Source of the DNA: Takakia lepidozioides
Lineage: Eukaryota > Plantae > Bryophyta
Assembly: GCA_030704615.1 (NCBI GenBank)
Contig: CM060732.1
Coordinates: 49,972,001-50,036,000 of the forward strand
Length of the DNA stretch: 64,000 nucleotides
Direction: 5' to 3'
Made by a program: the position numbers and the translations under genes. The notes beneath the pieces were generated by a model, which saw only the letters and a program-made list of their open reading frames with translations, had not been told where the DNA came from and made no database searches. Shown here in pieces: positions 22,714 to 35,100 of this stretch (positions are counted from its first letter, which is position 1; every line of letters starts with the position of its first letter).

Positions 22714-25700
22714 ATGGAACCCACAACCGCAAGTGAGACTGTGCTGCATCACATCTCATTTCCTCTGCGCCGGGATTATCAGCTAAGGAGCTGTTCAAGT
22801 GTGAACAATTTATCGGTGGGACCCCCTATTCCACAATTCTTCTCTGGCAGCACTGCTAACTTGCATGCCCGCGGTGAGGTTCCTTTGTTCAACTCGAATT
22901 CTTTGAGTCCACAGCGAGCCTTCTTTAGTGGCCCTCTGCCTCGCGGGGTGGCATCTGTAGAAAGCAATGACTATCCTCCTGCCTTCCACAGACGACAATG
23001 GAGCGAGGGGTCGTTGCCAGGCACACCAGAGCAGGGCTCGAGCGCAGGTGGTAGCTTCCGAGCGGAGGATAGGAAAGATCTGACACCATGCGAAGAGGAA
23101 AGTGACTTTCCCGAAATGACCAATGATGAACTGAGGCTATATTCGGAAGAGGGAAGTGGAAATGTCAAGAACGTTGTCGCCTCCAGGAAGTGTGTTAGTG
23201 GGGAGTTGGGGCCTTCTGAGAGCGGTGTACCAGCGACAGAAACAAGTTCGCGTCCACTTGGACGTAGATGCGTCAGTGGAGAGCTTGGGCTGACGGCCCC
23301 GTACATGCTTAGCAGTCCGACTGTGGGGTCTTGCAGGGAAGAGAATGCCCCTAGAAGTAGCACTTCAGAACGTAATGGGATTGGGACAACAAGGGGTGGC
23401 CTGAGTGTCCGAAACAGCAAAAGAAGACCTTCTGCTACAATAGCTTGGGACGTTTTGAATGAGTCCCGAGAGAACAGCCCCATGCGGGCTTCTGTAGCAA
23501 TCCCCTTCAAGTGGGAGGAGATTCCTGGGAGAGCCAGGACTATTGTAGCGGCTGATAGAGTATCGACCAACAAGATTTTAAAAGATGGAAATGGGAGAAA
23601 AATTCCACTGGATTCAAGAATGAGAAGTCAATCCTTGGTTGAAGCAACATTCACCGAGCAATGTGGTCCTGAGCAAAGAGGCCAGCAGAGACCACTTGAA
23701 GAGGGTCTAGCAGCTGAAGATTGCAGTCTCCGAGGCAGCCATAGATATTATGCAAGGATAAACTCCAAAGACAGGAGCTTTAGTACGAGGTCTAGTACCG
23801 AAGTGGAGACACAAGCTCACATTGACCTGGTGGCGCCCGCAGCAGCAAAATTTTTGGTGGAAAATTTCGTCTCTCCTGCTGTCACGCCCAAATCTCCATC
23901 AGCAATACCATTTAAATGGGAAGAGTCACCTGGGAAGCCCAAGGCTGACATGGTGGCCCCAAAGGCCTGCCCTCTCCAGTTACCTCCACGGCTTGTGGCC
24001 CCCTCACTTTCGCCAGATGCTTTTGCAAGAAGAGCTGGAGAGCCTCGCCACATCAATCAATCCATGAGTGCACCTCTTGCTGGATATTATCCTCCCCCGG
24101 ATTCCCCTGCCTGGCTGCCTGATTCGCCTCCCATGAAACATTCCTGCTCTCCTTCACACATTCAAGCATTGTCAAAGCATTTCCGTAAGGCCACTTCAGA
24201 GGTGCGTTTACAGGAGGATTCGAACTGGCCCATGCAAGCGAAGAGCTTAAGGCACATCTTCAACTCTGGTCCTTTAGATGGGTGTACTATTAAGAGCAAG
24301 CGTTCCAGGAACCGCTCCCAGTCGAGAGCGGCCTTTTCTGGGCCAGTTTCCAGCACACCTCCCTTGGAACTACACCCTAAACATCACAGCTCAGAGCTCA
24401 CTGCCTTGGATCCCTGGTTCCCAAATCAACAAGGAACACCTGTGCTTGATCCATGGTCACCCAAAAGCATTCTAGGTGGTCCCAATGGGGACAGCCAGAC
24501 ACCCAACTCAATCCCCTCTTCTTTTTCTGATGTGGATACACTGGCCAATTCAGCGAAACTCCCTTCCATCTCTCTTTCCACATCACATTCCACTGGATCA
24601 CACGAGTCTCTCGACCATTCTTTTCGCGAACATTGTATCCCCACTTCCAATTTTCCACGAAGGCTGGATGCAGGGCCCCAATCTCCACTTGATTCTCCCT
24701 ATCTGGGCCCACTTACTGGAGACTACTTAGGCCAGGAAGCTAGTTCCGGGGCAGGAGGAACTTCTGAGGGTGTGAGATCCATGATCAAGATGTGCATCAC
24801 AGGTTCGACACGAAGGAAGTCCAAAACCCAGCCAAAGTCTGGGGTGAAATACAGTCCAGAGGTTTGGGCTCCTACCCTGGCAACCTATTTTCAAACTTTG
24901 GAACTCGATCAAACAGCTATTACAAGTGGTCAGCTCGACAGCTATGGAAGGGGGCCTTGCAGTGGGGACTCAGCTGCTCATATGAATGAAAATGGGGGAA
25001 CAGAAGCGGAGGATTCAAGCCCTGTGAGAATACTCGACGTTCCTAGCAGACTGCCCTACACCATGCCCTCTCCTACTGAACCAGAAGAAGTGGGAAACGA
25101 GAAAGGTAAGTCCCCCGAGAGAGAAACTACTACATGCCTTGGTGTAATGTTCTCTCCTGCAAGACTTATATCAAGAGGCGAGAACCAACCAGGCTCATAT
25201 GCCATGGCCTGGGGTAATAGGCAGGGATTGCACGGACCTCCAACCAGTTTTTTGGAGGATGGGTATCGATCACCAGCTTATACAGCTACCCTGGAGCTGT
25301 TGTCTCCCTCTGCAGACCTGATGTCAAAGAGGAGGAGTATGCTAGGGAGGTCGCGAAGCTTGAAGATGCGCAATCAAAAACCAAGCAAGAGACCTCATGT
25401 TGTTGTAAGCACTTTGCACTCTAATTCATCTCCTTCTGTGTTTTTATTGAAAAGGCTAAGGATCCAAAGTGGAAGGGTGTTCCTAGTAGGTCAAATGAGT
25501 TAAAAGGTGACATTGGGGTGAGTCAAAAGTAGTTGCTGCCTCACCCAGCGGCAGGGTTCTTTAGTAGCAACAATGGAATGGTAGAGACTGAAAACCGATG
25601 GGAAGGATAGCTGTAACTCTGAAGAGAATTGGGTGGAGCTTAATTGTCTGATGTTGGACACAGGACGTAATGTGCAAGTTGCTCAAGCGCGCTCTGTACA

Positions 25701-25837
25701 GGTGCGCCAGGCAATGCTGTCATAAATCAGCAACACAACTGCCCCTTGACAACCCCCCTCTCCCCTCAACGGATTTCTGTTTCTGCAAGGTACTGCCACT
25801 TGTTGAAATTGAGCATCTTGAATACAGCAGTTACTAA
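22714..25837 (+). CDS. DUF688-family Ser/Pro-rich plant protein; exons 22714-25404 and 25664-25837
   Basis: Two IPFKWEE-x-PG motifs plus LQLPPRL. GTAAGC donor at 25405; CAG acceptor at 25661-25663 gives an in-frame last exon ending TAA at 25837. Confidence 0.8.
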
Positions 25838-27234
25838 TAGAGCTAGTTATGAATAGAGCTTTCCTTTGAAATTAGAGAGTTTGCTAGGTCCATATAGCGT
25901 TGAGGTCAAGAAAAGCCTGCTGACCATGTCGGTGTCCAAGAGTTTTGCAAAGCTGTCTGCAATAGCCAGTGCAAAAGGGAGCCTGTTCCCCATAAGGTGT
26001 AGTTGTGGCCTTCTTGGAATTAATATGCAAGGGTTGTTCTTGCAGCCAAATTGAGCGATATGAGACAAGTTACATCACCAGAATTAATGGAGGGGGCTTG
26101 ACCTTTCATATTCATACGTTTGTATCCTGAGGTGATGGAAAATACATCTCAAAAGAGCTTCTGCATCCAATTACGTCACAGATGATATTTGTGATAAGTT
26201 GATCTAGCTGTGTTCATTTTTGGTATGGTCTGAAGAGCTATCTCTTTGGTTACAGACTCAACTAAGTCTTGATGCAATGTGAAAAATTCTCAAAATGAGA
26301 GCCTTTCCCTTCCTCAAAGCAGATATGACTCTTGTTGACGAGGTAGCCTCTCTATTATACTGAGTATTTCATTGGCTTTGACTGGAGCCTCTCCCTTCCT
26401 TGTCACCCCCCAGGAAGTCATGTAATGAGTACACTTTCTGTTCAACTGTAGCTTTACATTCCCATGGTCCCAAGTTGTACTGGATCTGTAAATTAGCCAG
26501 GTACCCCATGTGCACAATTACTTGCAATAATGTGAATGGAGTGCACTTGAGTTGTTTATGGAATTTCCTGTACATTGAGAATGGACATACTGCCGAACTC
26601 TGCAGTACATTTTTTGTCCAATATCATGAGCTTCTGTAACGGTATTAGATTATTACGGATGTATGAAACATAAGTGCATGAGATTGTGTCCCACAAGTTA
26701 ATGTGTGTTTCCCTTCCGGTAAGGAGGGAGGCTTGTACGGGTTGGGGTTAGAGGGCTGTGCTGGCAGGTGGACATATTTTCTGTCATCCAGTATCGCTAT
26801 ACAGGTTGCAAAACTAAATCCTTCTATTTGCCACCAGCCTTCACCTTTGAATTCTCTCAAAGTTTCAGATGTAAGTGTGGAGCTCCCAGTTCTACCAGTC
26901 ACGCGAATAATATGCAAAGAACCCACTAGTGCCTGCCCACGCCTGATTCAAACTCAGCTCGGAATGAACGGTGATCGGTGAAGAGATGCTTGACATTCGA
27001 GCTTGTCCGTTGAAGGGTGCAACAGTGGAAGCAGTTGATTGCTACCTGAAAAAAGAGAGGGAGAAGCCTGTGTGAGAGAGATAGAGTAGTTAAAATCTAA
27101 AGTAGTTGAGGAGCAGTGGTGGACCTCAACTAGCCTGGGGACTCTTCAGTCTGAAGCCTTTCGTTGCCATGTCCCAACAAACTACGATAACTGAACCTCT
27201 ATTTATGTTTATTGAGCTCACGGATTGTCAGGAA

Positions 27235-27318
27235 GTCAGCATGGCCGAGTGGTCTAAGGCGCCAGACTCAAGTTCTGGTCTTCGTAAGGGGGCGTGGGTT
27301 CGAACCCCACTGCTGACA
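27235..27318 (+). tRNA. tRNA-Leu (anticodon CAA)
   Basis: Acceptor stem GTCAGCA/TGCTGAC, A box TGGCCGAGTGG, anticodon arm CCAGA-CTCAAGT-TCTGG, long variable arm, B box GGTTCGAACCC. Confidence 0.95.
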
Positions 27319-28099
27319 TACACTATCTATTTCTCGCTCCAAATCTTAGTTTTGGGTCTTATGAATAAGAAGGAATTTTTCTTACCTGCACTCACAAAAT
27401 TTGGAATGATTTTGTCTGCAATGTGTGTCTCTTGCTTCTAGTGAGGCTCATTCTTTGTATTCACATCTAAACACACAGGGTGAGTTCTGAGTCCTCCTAA
27501 GAATCATTCAAAACTCGAAAAGTAAAGAATGATATTCCAGATCAGACATAACACTGGAGAGCACATTTGTTTGGAAACCACTGAAATGAGCCTTATGTTG
27601 TTTCTGAGCACAGGATTGCACTGCATGAAGAAGGGTGTCAAGATTTGTAGGCTGCTGTGGGCACAATGACAATCTCAGGCACAGTTGAGAAGTCTAAAAT
27701 GAACCATCCAATCTTAAGACACAACCGTGCAAAATAGTTTAACACATGCTACTTGAATTTGGACTGCAACTTAACCTGACCAACCTGCATCTGATGAGGA
27801 CATCCCGGTGATAATTTATGCCAAGTGTCGAAAGCAGTGCCATGCATGCTCCATGATCTTACATTCCAGGAACAAAAACATAGGTGCATATGAGCAAATG
27901 TTTCAGGGGTTGAAGGGGTAGCAACCTTGCTGCTTTCTGGCAGATAGTACTGCAGTTGACAAGATCACATTGGCTAATGTGGCAGCATCATTGTCTCCTA
28001 ACTTGCGGTCATGAGGGACATCCTCATTATGCCGCATTTTTTCCCTAGAGCTCTGCGTCCACTATCCGATTAATGAAGGAACTTTTCCTCTCATGACAC

Positions 28100-30294
28100 T
28101 CAGTCCCATCGCCGTTTCTCTTCCTCCACATCAACAGAGTGGTACCAAGAAGGTCGTTGTGTATACCCGCTTAACCGATAGTTCAGTGTTAACTCCTCAT
28201 CTTCGACTTCTCTAGTAGCAACAAGCACAAGAGTGCGAATATCAGTCCTCTTGTCCAACCCTGTGCTTTGACCCATGGCCATCCTTCTTTCAACCTCATA
28301 TTGCCTGTCTTTCCTTCCTTCATTGACCCAGAGTGGACCTCGCCGCTGCATGTCCAGCTCTTCATCATTTCCAACAACCACGTTAGGGATATAAGGTCTG
28401 ATTGATACATCGCTAGTACCTGGAAACCTGTATGGACAGATGATGACATTTGGTTGCAGTCCTTGAGGAGGATGATTTGCAAAATGTGCAAGAGCAAGAG
28501 GATTCCTTCGTTCCAGCACCACACCCTCTCTTGGGCCACCACCCACTTGGCCACCCCCCACAAGTTGCCAGATGCTAGTTGGGCCTCTCTTTGCAGCATT
28601 TTGGTTCGTGGATGTGTCTTGCCCAGACAAGAGCTTCTCTGGGTCGGCATTTACAATTGTTCTCTCCAGAATCTCATAATTCACAGGATCTTCATCTTCA
28701 TCATGGTCGCCCGAGCCATCCCACCACTCTCGTCTGTCTTCACCTTTCCCCCAAGGTTTGCCATCTATGACAAGCCCATCATACCGTGATATTAAGTATG
28801 GATTGCCGATGTCAACCTTAGGATATCCTGGCATGTACCGGTACTGGGAAGGTGAGTAGATGACCCCAGGATACAGGGACACTACTGTGCCTGGTCCAGC
28901 TCTGCCGCTAATAAACAGGCCTAGGCCAGCTTCCTCGTGAGCAATTTTGGAAGGCTTCAACTGCAATGTGAACCCTAGCTGCTTTCCCAACGCACTTGCC
29001 ACTTGCTCCCTATTCAATGGCCAAGTCTCAACCACACCTGCACTGCACAACCTGGCAGTCCTCATGAAGGGTTCATTTGAGGGATGAAACTTGTCTGACT
29101 AGAGGTGGAAGCCGAGACAAGCAAGGGAGATTCTTCTCGTCCAACTGAAGGCAAACTTTGTGCTGCTGCACATGTTGATTTGTGTGCATGTGCAGGCGAG
29201 GATCTGATTCTGTCTGTCTCTTGCAGATGTGGATTTTTCATGGATCTTCTGAGGTGTTTTCTGAAGAGGAATCTTATTAGAGTTTGATCTGTCATGCCCC
29301 TTGTTTTAGAATATTTATAATCAAATGCCATAACTCACACAACAGTACTTACCGACGGGTATCCACGTGTTCCGCAGCAGGGGCTACCCCAATTGCAAAG
29401 CTGAGCCCACTGGGCCGTTGTTTCTGGCCCTCAGGTGGTGAAGTGCGTTTGCTGGTAGGAGGGGCCTGGAGAAGAATGCCATCCAGCAATGACGCCACGT
29501 GGCACACTTGGTCATGAACATACGTCTGAACTTGGTGCTGCTGGGCCTCAAAGGGGGTTGTAGCAGCGATTTCCTCTAATTCCTTTCCAGTCGCTTCATT
29601 TGCCACTGCTCCCTTGCGGTGGAAACTGGCACCAACATGATGCAGCCAAGTTCCAATCGGTTGTTAGGCATGATGTTGACAAAGAAAATGTGGAAATACT
29701 GTTCCATGTGTTTGAGGGAGGAGAATTACTCAATAGAAACAGTTAACTGTCCTGTCTGAGAGAAGTGGACCACTTATGATGCCTGCCAGAAGGTGAACAT
29801 GGGAAGTGTTCTCTTTCAATACAAAGGTGCACCGCACAATGTGAAGTAAACAACATCATGAAATTAGTGGCAAGGGTGGATGATGGCTGCTAAGTGTGCC
29901 ACTCAAGGGCATAAGAATGGGAAAAAATTAATTGTTTGCACAGTCATCGAACTACAGTGTGATGTCATTAGTTGAAGCGTAAACATTCAGTCAAGAGATC
30001 GAATATGTTGAGAATCCCTCAGTGTAAAGGTTGTCATTCTTAAGAAAATGCACAAGTAATTTTGTGAAGTCCAAAAGAGCCTCTTAGTACTGTCTTCAAA
30101 ATGGACGGAGAACCTTCCAAGCAGCTGACCTAATGGCAGAATATGGGCAAGATATGATGCTTTGAGCTAAGTTAGGGGAAACTACGATACCTTGTGAGAA
30201 GAAAAAGACGGTGAATGTCAATTTCATGCTGAAGACTCCGCTTATCCACTGTCTGGAATAAGGCACTTGGTGACCACCTCTCCCACAACTGCAT
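28100..30294 (-). CDS. SETD9/C5orf35-like SET-domain protein; exons 30294-30191, 29625-29353, ~29042-28100
   Basis: SET motifs AGLGLF, LAHFANHPP and EELTLNYR; N-terminal LQHEIDIHRLFLLTS typical of the plant family. GT-AG introns with matching phases. Probable 5' UTR exon near 31215-31300. Confidence 0.85.
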
Positions 30295-32103
30295 TTGTTC
30301 AATGTCAAATAAAGTCCTCGAAGTTCTTTCTCAACTCGAAAGGCTTTGGAAGAGGATTCAAGCAGAAAATATCTCGTGAATCCTCCGTTGCCCTTGACAT
30401 CCAGTGTTGGCAGTTCCTTTCAAGACACGCTTACGATTTCACATTCAACAATGCAGCTTCCTCAAATGAGAGAACCTTTTGACAAATGACACAGATTTTG
30501 CAACCAGGTGTTTGTGGCTCGGGAAGTAACAGGAAGTAATCCGAAGCAACCTACCGTCGAAGACGGAGGTAGTAGACAGTTCCAAGAGCCCATTATTAGC
30601 CAGTGTGTTCACCATGGTGCGACTTAGTGGACAAAGCTCACTGAGATTTTGGGGTTTAACTTCCATTCTTATGCCTGAGCAATAAATCCTCAGACCACAG
30701 TGTCACTCTCCAAAACAGAGAGATAATGTAGATACGTAACATGCATACATGTGTTTGCATGGGATTCCTCCACACTAGATCTGAACCAAGCTCAATGTAC
30801 AGTGAACCCCTCTCTGGCGGTATCCACAACGAAGCTGGGTAGTTCATTCCGTTAAATGCCTAGAAGTGTGTCAACCACGGAGAGCGTGTTCACCATTGAC
30901 GTTAGTAGACTAGCTTGGAACAAAGGTACGACGCAACGTCCATTTCAAATGCAATCCAGGAATCTTTAAGGACGACGAGAAGCCAAATCAAGATGTGTAG
31001 CAGGATTCTGAACCCAAAAACCGACAATTCAGTGCATTATCTTCAAATGTCCAGCTATCCGCTAGAGCAAAACTTACAAATGCCCAAAGATCAAGAACAT
31101 CAAGAGACGCACCGACATTTACCTTCCGCAAACGCCCCGCCATTTGCAGCTCTCCAAAACAGCATGAACACCCCGCACAAGTGCAGGCTTGCAGACCTCA
31201 AAGATCTAACTTACAGCTATCTCCAACACAACAGAGCAGCTTCGCTTAGACCACGTGCTCTTTCCCTTCCTTCCCGAAGAGCAGCAAGCGAGAACAAGCA
31301 TGTCTCTGCATCTTATTAGTAATACGTTCACTACACCGCGTGCATTCATTCACGATTATATCCTCCGTGGCTTCAGTGTGGTCTTAGAATGGGGATGAGC
31401 AGTAAGGGAAACGTTGAGCTTTCCCAGTTTGTTTGGTTATTTGATGTTCTTTGTTTTGCTATCTTCCATTGCTGTGCTTGGATGCAGGGAATAATCTTCT
31501 CGAGGAAGAAATTCCTACACATCTCCTTGTTTGTTGGTGTAATTGCCATCTTCCAACACGAGTTTGTATAGCGGAGAAAGTGAGGAGAGCCTCTGCTAGG
31601 AGGAGGCAGTAGACTAGCATCCTGCAATCTTCTGCCTCAACATTGTATACTACAGCAGTTTATGCAGGAGAGGTAAACTACTGGCAATTCAGCAACTTTT
31701 TTTCCATCACCAAAGAAGTCTGGAAGGCAGATTGCAGAGCCCACGGGCTAAAAATGTCATTCTCAATACAATCCCCACTCGATGCCAAATCAATGCTTAA
31801 GACTGCCAAGAGGAAAGTTCAGTATCGCAAATGGGCGATTGCTCACTAGGAGAGCTATGGCGGTTCTTTTTTAGGGTTGCTCTCCAACAGCAAGGGTGAA
31901 TCCATCCAATCCAGGGGCACAGGAGTGGCATCTGTGTCATGGTCCACAATTCTCAGTGTGTAGTAAAAAAGGAGTATGTTGGATTCTGGTAATGTAACCT
32001 TTAAATTATTTCCAGCTATGTGATGCCCACAGCAACCGGAGTGCCAGGAGCATGTGCAGGTAAGAAAACACTGCTTTGCAGTAAAAATGTTTGACATCAA
32101 ATA

Positions 32104-35100
32104 TCACAGTTGGAAGGTGCCAAGTTCCTGGCCATGGTGAAGGAGTGCCACCTTCCGGTTGGGCTGCCACTCAAGGTGGAAGGAGAGATCCACATTGTGG
32201 AATGCCAGCCTGGGTGACGATTCTTCAGTCCATCTTCTGCGTTCATCCTGGGGCAGCCACAATTTCAGTAAGACACAGGTCTTCCTAACAGAGGTTGAAC
32301 GTGTGAGATGGGTTCTTTTACATCAAGTTCTTGAATGAAGTAATTATCAAACATTGATAGTTCCCATAAATCCTGGACGGACCACTGCCATTTTTGAGAG
32401 ACAGAGAACCCTTGAACTTCGACAGAAATATGAGTTACTCAGCACAAGCCACATCAGTGCTGCCTCTAATATCAAGGGACAAAAGACTGGACACCAGAAA
32501 CCTGATAAGCTGCTGGTAATGGGAACAACTAGCAGACAACACACAGGCAGTGAGCAGAAACCAACCCTCCCAAACATTGCCTAGAATAACTGGGCATAGT
32601 CTTACCTCCGACTGCTCTAGAGTGCTGTAAGCGAATGCCATGATGCTCGAACTTGACGATCTCGGAGAGAAGCCTGCCCAAGGTGGTACCAGCACCAGTT
32701 TGGTGCACTGTACTGCTACAGGGCTACGGCTCAATCGCTCCCACCAGGCTGCCCCTAGTGACCACCAGCGAATTATGAGGCCTTGCTGTGAAAATGCCAC
32801 CAACCCCTGTCAAGCGCACCAGTCCCCTGTCACAACTGTCTAAAGTAGGGTGGTTTCTTTGTCGCTAGCTGGTTCACAGGATCGTCATCACCACCTTCCT
32901 GAAAACTCTAGGAAGTCAAGCAAAGTTTCTACTTCCCCACCATAAACCTTGGACAATCACAACAGTTCTCTGTGGAAACCACATCCCACAAGAAGGATCA
33001 TGATGTGCAAGTAGCATACCTCTCCTTCCGGGGAGAAGCTCAGAGCTGAAATGCCACCTGCTGTGGTGGATGCCTTGTTTGAGACCAGTAGTGCAGGGTG
33101 GCCAGGGGGTCCACTCGCATCAAGTACCTTGAGCTTTGTTGCACTGCACAAAAATTAAACCACATGAACAGAACTTTACTTTCAGTAACCGGAGCTGCCT
33201 CCCAAGAACATTGGATCAGGAACAAGAAGTTGCTGCTTCTTGAGTTTCCCAGAACCTTGCACTTTTGCCTCATTCTCCCCTCAAATGCAACAAATATCCC
33301 CTAAATATTGAAAAACCTTAGTCAGTTGACCACGATGCCTTAGAAACTTCACTACATAGAACAGAAGGTCTTGTTCTCCTTCCAAAAACAAAGTGAGCGT
33401 TCATGAGCTACATAAAGCAAGTCCAATAGAAGTCCACCTGTGCAAATCATAAACATGGATGGCAAGGGAGTGCACATCGCCAACTGCATCGCCAACTGCA
33501 AGTTTTGCATTTGAAGAAGTGGTGCCACGGTGAAGGCCTACCATCGGAAACACTCGCACCATCTCACGCACAGCACCCATTGCAGTCTGCATACATTGCT
33601 TGCGTAAAACTGAATTCCCAGTGTCCATGGTTTGCATTACCAGAGCTGTCACCTGTTCCAAGGAGAATTTTTGTTGGAGGAGAGTAGCAGGGGATAGAGG
33701 GAGAGAACAAGAAGTAATTGTGTGTACTCGAATTCCATTACCTACATAAAGACGGTTGCAAAATCAATAGCAGTGTTCAGCCCATTCTGGGATAACTTCC
33801 ACAGGGAACCCTGTGTGGTAGAGAGCATGCTCATGTGCAAGATTACGACCTGTATCAACTCTGCGGTTGACACTATAGAGTGCCTTGACATTAGAAAATG
33901 CAAAAGGACTGCCTTGTTTTGTTTCTCCGCAGAAGAGGGTACCTGTCCCAGGTAGAAAATTAAAGACTTGGGGTTGCTTCGTATGAGCCGAATAAGGGCC
34001 ATTAGTGCTACCAAGTGCACTGGTGAGTTGGGTACTGATGAGGTCAGCTGGGTGTGAACCACATTCAAAAATCCCGGCACGTCCGCCATAGCCAAGCTGG
34101 GTAGAAGGTTCCCTGTAAGGCTCTCACGAATTGCCATGGCTATAGCTGGTGCCATAGCTAGACTCGGAGTGACTCTCGAGGGTTGTGCGAGGGTCGATCG
34201 CAGCGCACCACCACCACTCAAGCATTCAATCAGGAAAAACACGTCAACAATCAACTGTGGAATCTCTACACCAATCCACGGCTGCCAGGTGGATTCCATC
34301 CCCTCCGCCAAGATTTCTGCTGCTGTTGCACTGTGCCTGTCATGAGCACCTCGCACCAAGTTCAGAAGCATAGGAGCCACACTGGGGGCTAGTTCAGGTC
34401 GAACTAGACTTGGGTACCAGAGGGCCAATGCTGCACCCACAATAATCCGAGCTGCTCTTGCGTCCTGATTCGTTCCCCCAATTATGGCCGTCCAATTGTG
34501 GCCTTCCGATGACTGAAGCCACTCGGTGATGCCATCTGTTGTATTTGTGTCCTGTAAGCCATTTGAACTTTGCTGGTCTGGGGAATGCTTTGTGGATGTG
34601 GTATGGGTGGTGTTAGACTCACAAATTGGTGCAGGAGTTTCAATTGGTGGCAGCAATTTGTGCGCTGGAATATCCAGACGGAGGAAGGGAGGGACAGCCC
34701 GGGATGCTGCACAGTGGAAGAGAGATCGGGCCGCCATGCGCACATGCTCGCTTGGGTCTTGCCAAAAGCATGCGTACACCTGCAGCATCCCCTTTTTCAA
34801 GTTCAGTTCTTTGCAGTTATTAGACACTACTTAGAATCACCTTTTCGCTCACCAGGCCTTATTTATCCTTATGACTGGGAATCCCCGAACCATAGCATGG
34901 TGGTTATGACCCTGTGACCACACATTGTTGGTCATGGTTTTGGACGGGCTCCAGGTGACAAGACCTGCAAGAAGATTGATTGTGCCCAGCACAGCATGCT
35001 TGATCAACTGGGAATGGACACCACAACTGCAAATACAAAGACGTAGTAGGTGGCCCATGTTTCTAAGCAAAGGACCTACTTACCCAGGGTAGTGCCATCA

